NCBI GenBank assembly: GCA_965644265.1
Contig: OZ286459.1
Location: 27,342,001-27,406,000, forward strand
From: Glycera tridactyla
Taxonomy: Eukaryota
Reading direction: 5' to 3'
DNA: 64,000 nucleotides
Shown here: positions 53,399 through 60,893 of the stretch, piece after piece
How the letters are laid out: each line of letters begins with the position of its first letter
How positions within the stretch are numbered: position 1 is the first letter of the stretch
Translations under genes and position numbers: made by a program
Notes under the pieces: model-generated
Databases searched by the model: none
What the model was told of the DNA's origin: nothing
What the model saw: the letters and a program-made list of their open reading frames with translations, nothing else

Positions 53399-56300
53399 GC
53401 GAGTTTGTGTGCAGATGCATGTGTGGGTGTGTACATGGGTGTGTGTGTGTGCAGGCTGTGTGGGTGGGTATATATATACATATATATATATGTGGGTGAA
53501 AATCTACATCAATAGGTTAGCATGATGTAATTCTCTCACAGCACTCTGCCATGCAAGAACAACGCAGAATAATGCAAGAAAAAACATCATCCCATCTATT
53601 CAATCGGAGGATCTTTCAAACATTAAGCCTCAAGGCAATCGAAAGGATCCGTTCCGTTCCGCAATTATTACATCAGAAAGTCAGCCATGCAGTACGGAGC
53701 CGATGAATAAGATATGACGATATGCAGAGTTTGTCACAAATTTGTCGGGAGTGCATTCAGGGTGATTCAAAACATGAGTGTCACGATGCAGTGTGTGACA
53801 TTGGGGCGATCACTCTGCGATATATTTGCATGCATCGGGACCCATCTCACTGAAGAAAACTGCAGAATGAGGCGTCACGGCTCGATTAAGATTCTGAGGA
53901 TGACGACAGTAGCTGATCGGACCGGCGTCAATTCTGAGCACAGTTCATCTTCAGTGAGATATCTCCCTGGATAGGCGGGGCATGTTCAGATCAATCTGAA
54001 CATTTAGATCTTATTATGAGAGAGAATTCACAAGAAGGGACTTCTTACTTATCAAGCTAACATAATTCATATAATTAGCACCGATTGATTCTCTGGTTTT
54101 TAATCCGATACAAACTATTCAAAATCCTTGCATAGCAGGTGGAGCCAAAAATATTGACCGGAAATGCAAACTTCCAAGATTGAATATCACACAGATCCAA
54201 AATTTTATTCATTTCAGGAGGTAAGAACAGTCACTAATATTTGATTAATTGACCAAAAATCAGACAAGATCACTTTTTCAGATGATATAAGCATAGTAAT
54301 ACTTCTAAGCTATCAGAGCAAATTTCAAAGTCATTGTTTTGAATTAGGAATACTAAAAATCTCAGATAATGTTTCAAACATGAAGTTTTCTTCTGGAATT
54401 TCAAATTTCAAATTTGCAGCAGTGCCAATTATAAGAACTATGGAAAGCAGATTACATTCCTCCAAGAATTTTGCGCAACAGGACAAACTGGATGAATGAA
54501 ATACAGGATTTGCCTGAGACCGGCAAAATTTCTGCCAGTTTTTGAAACTTTCTTGTAATCAGGTCATGCCAAGACAGAAGGTTATTTGAAACAGAGGGAT
54601 CTGACAGCACTTGGAAGGACAGTACAAACTGTACCTCGTGCAATTCTCTAGTTTGTACACAATATGAAATTCACGTGAAACATCTTCACAATTCTCTTAC
54701 ATAATCTATCTGAACAATTTTCCTGACAAATTCATCACTTCAGGAGCAGAAATTTGCGTAATTGATAACAGATTGAGAGGAGAATGTTTCTCGGTTCGAG
54801 ATATATGTCTCACTTAGTCGCCTTCCCATACTACCTGCATGAATAGAACTGAAATCTTTCCAAAATCAAATTTTCGAATGCCATATTTTATGTTAGTGCA
54901 TTGGGCAGGGATGGGACCTAGAGGGGAGATAGCTGTTTTGAAAAATTAGTTAGCTAGCAAATTCACCAGAGGGCAGAGTGATCTAGGGGGGTGTGGGTGC
55001 GGTGATGGCATACTTACTGAGGTGCTTTTGCCGTTTTTGCCAGTGACTTTCAAGAGTGATCCTTCATAGCCCTGTAAAATAGTGATGAAAGACAGGCGAT
55101 AGTGCAGTCAGTGGTGCAGACCTAAGAAGGTCGCGATCGCTACTTACACTTGGGTTTTTGCCCGCCTTCCCCATGATTTTTAACAGTGAGCTTTCGTAGC
55201 CCTGTAAATGGGATGAGGAAAATCGTCATTGTACAACAGGGGTGAGAAGAAGACTGCTTCGTAACAAGTAAAAGATGGATCATGAAACCACACCAGTCAT
55301 TAGCCAACCAGATTTTTATAATCGTTTTTTTTTTCTTTTTTTTTCACTTGCATGCCACTCACGGTTGGCCTTCAACATTTCTATCTCTTCATGTTGGTTG
55401 CCTCAAAGCCGTCAAGGTCATCGAGCAATGCCTAATAGGCACATCTCACATTACGACCATGACCAACAGATTATCTACTCCTCATCAATGAAACAAAAAT
55501 TTCAATCGAAAAAAATTAAATTATTCTCATTTCCGGAATCGTCAAACATATCTAGAAATAGAGCTGTCTCAGAGACAGTGTCTCTGCGAAAGACTCCATA
55601 AGCTATAAGAGAATTTGCATGCTGTGTTCTCTCTGGAAGAATATTCAACTATCACTGAAGATAGGGATTTAACATTAAAATTTTTTTTTTAAAGAAATAT
55701 TTTGATTAGATTTGAGCCACAATGATTTATCTGGACTCAGATACTTGTGCGAAACAAACAAATACAGTCTGTGCCAGTACAGAATAGATACTGTTTTGTG
55801 CAGAGGATATTTGAGTACATTAAACACAAATCAACAGAACTCAAATGAGATCATGATGCATAAGAGCCGCAGCCCGTAAGCAACCTCCCGATTTAAAACA
55901 AAACTAATAGGGCACTTGCAGTTATCTGTGCAGACCATGACAGGCAGTACAACCGCCATCTTATCACAGGCACTTCAAAAGAGTATCTTTCATCAATGCC
56001 TCATGCCTTATAGGGAGTGCAACTATGGTTAGAGGGGTGCCCCGCTCAGATTTAGTGAATTAACCTTGAACCCTGCGAACGACTTTTGCTGAGATTCAGG
56101 ATCTCGAGGGAATCTTTTAAAGTCCACCAAAGTGGGTATCAATGTAATCATCTTGGTATTAAAAGAGCTCTTGAAATCAAGACTTCTTATTGATGATGTA
56201 ACCTTATGTGAACAGCTGAACTTTCGAGATTAGCATCAGCATGATTTCTGGTGAGAATACGTTGACCCTCTTGAAATTGCATGCTATTCGATCCACTATT

Positions 56301-57741
56301 GCCAATGCTCACGATTCATCAATGATCGACAACAACCATGTTTTGTCTCTATCGTCGAATTAGAAAAATAATGGATAAAATATTTTTTATATCACATTGG
56401 CAGAGAAAACCAGATGTCATACACCTAAGTACATCATTAAGACATGGATGCATGAGCAAAGATGCGTTTGAAACGCTGATGACATACACAGATGCGTTTA
56501 AAACGCTTTCGATTTCGCGATCATATCACTGGATTGTGTTGATTGATTGATCTGGGTGGCTAATGACTAATACTGGCAGGTGTGAGTCCAACTCAGTGAA
56601 TCCAACTCAACGGTGACCATAAATACGTGCAAAATACTGGGGGGTGATCCATGATAATAATGATTGGCAGAGTTAGCGCAACGATTAGAGTCGATCATCG
56701 CTTCGAATCGTCATTTGAGACTTTGCAGCATGCAGTATCAAATGACGGCTCAAAAGTGGCCGATTCCAAATCACTGTGAACCACTACGGTGTGCAAGGGC
56801 CTGTACCTCGCGGTCTCTTCCCTTCCGTCTTGCAGCTGGCGCCGCCGATGCCAAGGCCGCTGCCAAGACCACTGCCTCAAAGACTGGGCACCTATCTGCG
56901 CACTTCCTCGCAGTATCAACTGCTCTATCCCGACCAGAGCCTTCTTTCCATCTCACCTCTCTGCCTGTCCGGGTATAGATACAAAGTGTATCTAAGTCAC
57001 GACTGAACCTTAGTCGGATCTATCCTCATCCATTACAACCCACCTCCATTTGATTAACAGCATCCATCCCTAAATCAAAATGCTACAAATTTCAATAGAG
57101 AGACTGAAATATTACTGATAGATACTTGATTTTCATTTCCCCATTGTAATTTTCATTGTCAATCAGTACTCCAGGAAATACCATCATTTAGCAAAAGATG
57201 GGAGAGGAATAATTCTGTACATATTCATGTGCAACAGATGTCTCAGATATAAGGCTCATTATTAATGTTTTTGAAAATTCTATAGGAGCCAGAGTTTCAA
57301 GATTCCAAAAGGCTGAAACTCATGAGAATGAGGTCCAAACTGGAGTATGATGTGAGATGAATATATTTTTACCAAAAAATTTGAATCGTTGAAATAAAGT
57401 GGACTGAAAATGTAGATGAGATATGATTCCGGAGTTAAATATCTGGCATGAGAATGCTGATTGCTCTAGATTTGGATCCCGGTATCTCCGGGCGAGTTCA
57501 TCTCCACTTCAAACTATGATTCAGCATCGTTATCTGGCCAGCATGCCTGACAATGGTGATCCCAGGCAGGACAGCCACCTAGTGTAGCTGTCCGGAACTA
57601 TCAGTGACATGGCACATGCAGAGATGGTGCTGCTAGTGTGAGCTGGGAAAACAAACAACATACCTTGTAGGCTCGGAATAGTAGGTAGAGTTCTCTAGGC
57701 TTTGCATCCATTGGCAAACCACTCACGAATAGTGTGCGCAC
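16495..57741 (-). CDS. cpo: Couch potato / MEC-8 / RBPMS-family RNA-binding protein with two RRMs (spliced; 9 coding exons per isoform located, first exon missing)
   Basis: Hand-spliced exons of 78+54+63+139+137+236+70+108+63 = 948 nt, all AG/GT-bounded with matching phases. They read [35 protein letters not shown]...PVGFVTF...[22 protein letters not shown]...[10 protein letters not shown]...[24 protein letters not shown]...[25 protein letters not shown], the recognisable Cpo/MEC-8/RBPMS RRM signature. Confidence 0.96.
16837..16999 (-). mobile_element. SINE-like repeat family S, copy 4
   Basis: Same core. Confidence 0.75.
17355..17496 (-). mobile_element. SINE-like repeat family S, copy 5
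   Basis: Same core. Confidence 0.75.
17611..17718 (-). CDS. cpo: cpo exon: RRM2 end ([36 protein letters not shown])
   Basis: ttgctgttgcag|GAC...GAG|gtaggt; 108 nt. Confidence 0.95.
18724..18903. mobile_element. MITE family M (Tc1/mariner-pogo-like TIRs, TA-flanked), copy 1
   Basis: TA-cagtcaaacct...aggttcgactg-TA terminal inverted repeats; internal ctctataaagaccacc-type subrepeats. Confidence 0.8.
20178..20356. mobile_element. MITE family M, copy 2
   Basis: tacagtcaaacct...gacaggttcgactgta. Confidence 0.82.
20756..20825 (-). CDS. cpo: cpo exon: RRM2 ([23 protein letters not shown])
   Basis: ttattttatttcag|T TTT...CAG|gtaggc; 70 nt, phase 2/0; absent from the ORF track because it is short. 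Confidence 0.95.
21517..21587 (-). mobile_element. SINE-like repeat family S, copy 6 (short)
   Basis: ggtttaatggcatgtatcaaccca...ctggtcaatgaaagctaggtgtt. Confidence 0.7.
23864..24099 (-). CDS. cpo: cpo exon: linker and RRM2 start (VHGYAM...[24 protein letters not shown])
   Basis: gtctttggcag|GTT...AGC AG|gtagga; 236 nt, phase 0/2. Confidence 0.94.
29055..29240. other. Assembly gap (N run)
   Basis: 186 N. Confidence 1.
29241..29360. repeat. Low-complexity (TGCA/ATGC/AC) repeat adjoining an assembly gap
   Basis: Direct inspection. Confidence 0.7.
29782..29886. mobile_element. MITE family M, internally deleted copy 3
   Basis: tacagtcgaatcc...gagaccacc...ctgagctgcaactgtg...ggattgactgta. Confidence 0.65.
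32845..32857 (+). promoter_or_regulatory. CTCF-like motif
   Basis: CCACCAGGTGGCG matches the CCASYAGRKGGC core; motif match only. Confidence 0.35.
33096..33259. other. Assembly gap (N run)
   Basis: 164 N. Confidence 1.
34565..34576 (+). promoter_or_regulatory. CTCF-like motif
   Basis: CCACTAGATGGC matches the CCASYAGRKGGC core; motif match only. Confidence 0.35.
35184..35320 (-). CDS. cpo: cpo exon: His/Pro/Ala-rich linker (ELGAAFFPG...HPALAQVP)
   Basis: tctctttcccaacctttcag|AA GAG...CCG|gtacgc; 137 nt, phase 1/0. Confidence 0.9.
39186..39313. other. Assembly gap (N run)
   Basis: 128 N. Confidence 1.
41009..41147 (-). CDS. cpo: cpo exon: RRM1 end and linker ([22 protein letters not shown]...HPITG)
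   Basis: ttttgcag|GGT...GGA C|gtaagt; 139 nt, phase 0/1; visible in ORF 41001..41207. Confidence 0.96.
42790..43260. promoter_or_regulatory. CpG-rich intronic element with clustered TCATGTGA-type E-boxes and CCAAT boxes
   Basis: ggtcatgtga-ccaa-tcacatgacc, catgtgac, gattgg; locally high CpG. Confidence 0.4.
43907..44068. mobile_element. MITE family M, copy 4 (reverse orientation)
   Basis: tacagttgaagctg...gcaggttggactgta; internal sequence is the reverse complement of copy 2. Confidence 0.8.
44067..44172. mobile_element. MITE family M, copy 5 (forward, shares its TA with copy 4)
   Basis: tacagttgaaactg...gacaggttcgactgta. Confidence 0.8.
45405..45540. mobile_element. MITE family M, degenerate partial copy 6
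   Basis: tacagtcaagcctgcctataaagg...gagaggtcattttctgttgaaa. Confidence 0.5.
45570..46290. mobile_element. Degenerate HINE-like repeat fragments
   Basis: atgtctcccccccc, ttgaatttggttcagcggtttg and tgaccttgacctttgacc motifs typical of these interspersed repeats; boundaries approximate. Confidence 0.4.
46337..46518. mobile_element. MITE family M, copy 7 (reverse orientation)
   Basis: tacaggcggacctc...ggaggtttgactgta; reverse complement aligns along the length of copy 2. Confidence 0.82.
46660..47062 (+). mobile_element. HINE/DINE-1-like non-autonomous Helentron-type element
   Basis: ccaaatttcatcaaattcggatgagtagttttg..., (GACA/GACG)n microsatellite at ~46940-47018, and 3' hairpin tatgtctccccc-atcag-gggggagacata (47032-47060); left boundary uncertain. 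Confidence 0.65.
47067..47110. mobile_element. MITE family M, fragment (copy 8)
   Basis: gctcagggtggcc...ggtggcctttatagagag. Confidence 0.4.
47241..47303 (-). CDS. cpo: cpo exon: RRM1 RNP1 region ([21 protein letters not shown])
   Basis: long pyrimidine tract ...ccttcaacttattctag|CCG...CAG|gtgaga; 63 nt. Confidence 0.95.
47476..47526. repeat. Degenerate (CA)n microsatellite
   Basis: Direct inspection. Confidence 0.85.
48645..48800. repeat. Tandem repeat, 3 units of ~49-54 bp
   Basis: catctcatggccagtttgtaagagctgatt...ggtctgagagatac units start at 48650, 48699 and 48753. Confidence 0.92.
53318..53393. repeat. (GT)n microsatellite with degenerate extension to ~53495
   Basis: Direct inspection. 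Confidence 0.98.
55018..55071 (-). CDS. cpo: cpo alternative exon B ([18 protein letters not shown]), canonical-type copy
   Basis: catcactattttacag|GGC...TCA|gtaagt; 54 nt, phase 0/0; resembles the GYEGSLLKV motif of Cpo orthologues. Confidence 0.95.
55148..55201 (-). CDS. cpo: cpo alternative exon A ([18 protein letters not shown]), putative mutually exclusive exon
   Basis: ttcctcatcccatttacag|GGC...AGT|gtaagt; 54 nt, phase 0/0; 12/18 aa identical to exon B. Confidence 0.85.
57664..57741 (-). CDS. cpo: cpo exon: RRM1 start ([26 protein letters not shown])
   Basis: ttgttgttttgcttgacag|GTG...AAG|gtatgt; 78 nt, phase 0/0; RNP2-like LFVSGL. Confidence 0.96.
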
Positions 57742-58133
57742 CTGTCAAGCAAAACAACAACATGGCAAATGAGCAAGGAGAAAGAAATAGGGTAAACAGT
57801 CTCAGCCTCTCGCCTGGAATAACTCTGTGTCAAATATCAGGGTAGCCACGTCGATATTTATAACCATACTTTTCCTTCACTGTGAGGAAGATGTGATGGC
57901 TAAAAAAGTTTGTTAAGCACCCTGCAGAAGACTAAGAAAAGACCTATTCTAATGGAATCAATGCACAATTTTATGGGTACCTCCCCTCCTATTTGGAGTG
58001 ATTCTCCACGGCAAGCAACACGAGAATCACGATACACCCATCAAGATGGCAAACCATTTTTTTTCTCATTTCTGGGTGAGCCAAACTCATTTTACAACTG
58101 GTAAGGAGAGGATACCACTACTGGTCATGATGG

Positions 58134-58191
58134 CGGTTTGTGGGCATACGATCGGTTAGTGGGCATATGATCGGTTTGTGGGCATACGATC
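58134..58191. repeat. Tandem repeat, 3 x 19 bp (cggtttgtgggcatacgat)
   Basis: Direct inspection. Confidence 0.92.
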
Positions 58192-58999
58192 ATGATACTC
58201 CCTGGATAGATTGACACACATAAACGCCACCCACAGACAGATAATCAGAGCATTGTCCTTGGTCGGATGCCCTTCAGCTAAGCTTAACCGGTCACCCTTC
58301 CATCCCCATATCGACTCTGCTTCCTTAAAACTGCGTTTTTCTTAAGCACCGCAAGACTTGCAACAACCTTGCCGTAGCATCCAACAAGATTCACGACGTA
58401 CTGTAAGATGGTGACAAGTCGAATGCAAGACACAACTTTAGAGAAGATAGAAAGTGTGGCTGTCTGAGATGTGAGCTTGGGAAGGGGGGGGGGGGTTAAC
58501 CAATGATACTGATCCACATCATCCGGTGTTTAACGATTCCTAATCTGACTCGGTTCCCGAGAATGGCGAACCTGTATGAATGTGTGGATGAGAATGCTTC
58601 TCGTAGCGGAGCTTTGTTGACAGGTGGAAGTTTCTGCAAGTGGGAGTGAATGAATGTGTCGGTGGCGTTCCTCCACGAGTCGCTTGCAGGTCCGTTGCTA
58701 GCGACATCACAAGATACAACAGTTACCGCGCGACAGCAATGCCAATGACACAAACAATACAAATCTCTGGCATTCCTGGCTGTTTATCTAACACAATTCT
58801 GCCGGCAAGTATGCCGGAGTGTGCAATAAAGGCCAACTATGGCACCTGCAAATGCTCAATGGGTTGCTAAGTTGCGAGTAATCCATCCAAATGGAAATTC
58901 ATCAGCTGATATTATGGCAGCTGGATGGGCTGATGACAACCATCACCGCTGACATCACCAACAAATGGCAGCTCCCGGCATGATCAGCATCCATGTGAG

Positions 59000-59002
<3 letters not shown>

Positions 59003-59076
<74 letters not shown>
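59003..59076. repeat. (GT)n microsatellite
   Basis: Direct inspection. Confidence 0.98.
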
Positions 59077-59079
<3 letters not shown>

Positions 59080-59200
59080 GTTTGGTTGAGGTTCAATGTC
59101 ATGTATCAACCCAGAGGATTATGCATGTGTTCTGTCCCCTGAAGACATCACATAGATAAACCCTGAACACATGTTGATGGGGAAACTGAAAGGTTGTCAG
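59074..59200 (-). mobile_element. SINE-like repeat family S, copy 7
   Basis: Same core; tail runs directly into the (GT)n microsatellite. Confidence 0.72.
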
Positions 59201-60791
59201 GGTTTGTGTGTGTGTGTGGGGGGGGGGCAACATTTTTGACAGCGTTCACCATTCAATTCGAAGGCAACCCCAGAACAGTAAAACATTCCTCAAGAATCTT
59301 ATGCTTCCATTCATGTTTGGAGCATGAACAAATTCATGCATTCCAAGCCAATACATCTCACATCAATCTATCTGCACGCATCAAATCATTAATGATGCAT
59401 TAATCCTGGGCTTGTTTTTCCTCATTGTGCTGATAGTGAAAATGTATCACATGAATCATGTGAATCAGAGCCATCACAATGAACCAGGATGTAATATTTC
59501 ATGCGATTTTAATGGTTGTGGGAATGAAACGAAGGAAGATGTGGATGTAAGTGTTGCCGATGGCTGCGTAGGAAAGAACACAGTATGTCACCATTCGGCG
59601 TTGATCGTATCTCAAAGGCCAACAAATCCATTTGCTGACGGCTAGCGATGAAAAGCAGTCGCTGGACACATGAAAGAAACGCTAGGACTTCAGTCGAACC
59701 CCAGCTCCCGGCTCTTTCTGCTACAGTCAATCTCCATCGATGACATCAGCCATGGAGAGTACGAGCTATGTCGGGATCAGCGTGATTGTCGCCGTGGAAA
59801 AACAGGTAGAGTTTACAGGCACCAGAGGCAGGAGTCCGTTTCTATCTGCATCATACATTGACTTAATAGTCACCCACTTTGATGTTGGATCAGTAGAGAA
59901 GTCCTGACATCTTGATCCCAGAGAAATTTCTCAGGTCGTCTTTGCTGAACTTCGTATCGGCTTTTTGGAAATTTTGCCTGGTGAGACAGAGTGTATTGAA
60001 GGTTTGCCCCATGGTTAGGGGTCAAGTCCCCTGAGGAACCTCCCAAGACAGAGCCTCCAGAGAAACAAAACCAACTCACTTTGGAAAACAGACACAGGGT
60101 TGCATCCAAGATTCCCAAACTTAGGGTCTATTGCCCCCTTAAATTTGGAAAACAGGGGCATTTCTTGACAAAATTTTCCTAATTGTGTTCACTCAATATG
60201 TGGAATAATAAATTTCTTGTTGATTTAGGTGGCATCATGGCCACTGGTTGCCTTGGAAATGAGCCACCACTCAATGAAATGCATGGAATTGCCCCCCCCC
60301 CCCCCCCCCCCCATTTAGATGCAAGCCTACAAATGGATGAGCAGGAGGGATGGAAGGATTGTGGTAACAAATGGATCAATGGTTGGAAGGTTATATGGAA
60401 AGACCATGCTGCAGAGACTGAAAACCCCGAGCAAAGTGCAAAGAAGTGCTCACGAATGGAAGCATCTAGACAATGACCGATCGCCAGATGCACAGAGGAA
60501 AGATTAACCATGAATAGCTTCGGGAAAATGATGGAGACCTGACTGCATTGATGCTGACATCTGATTCTGTTTGGCTGGAAGATGAACGACAAGTCAGAAA
60601 TGATGGCTTCACTGGCTCAATAAGCATGCCTTGCAGGGGCATACCCCCCCCCCCCCCCCCAATACATCCCCTGCTAATCTTACTCAAAATAGCTGGCAAT
60701 GTAGAGTGACGAAGTTACTTTTGAATTCACCAGTATACCTCAACTAACACAGATCTTTGATTGCGGAGATTCATAACTAGTTCATGTTGTG

Positions 60792-60893
60792 TAGGTAGAG
60801 GTGGATCTGAACTGTCAGCTACTCCCTCTTGAAAAATTTTCAGGATAGCCATCATCTTGTGTTCAGGGTCTGTGTTAGTGATGCCTGCTGGGG
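60792..60893 (+). mobile_element. SINE-like repeat family S, copy 8 (opposite orientation, tail half missing)
   Basis: taggtagaggt..ctga.ctgtcagctact...ccatcatcttgtgttcaggg...gtgatgcctgctgggg is the reverse complement of the 5' half of copy 3. Confidence 0.65.

Noticed and set aside
53236-53525. HT/CV-repeat ORFs (also 58902-59159, 46874-47204, 47237-47674)
   Set aside because: Translations of microsatellites; only 47241-47303 is a real exon, in another frame.
54700-55400. Dscam-style docking/selector pairing around exons A/B, or a third exon copy
   Set aside because: No convincing complementary segments and no further GYE-type exon found by eye; a computational search is still worthwhile.
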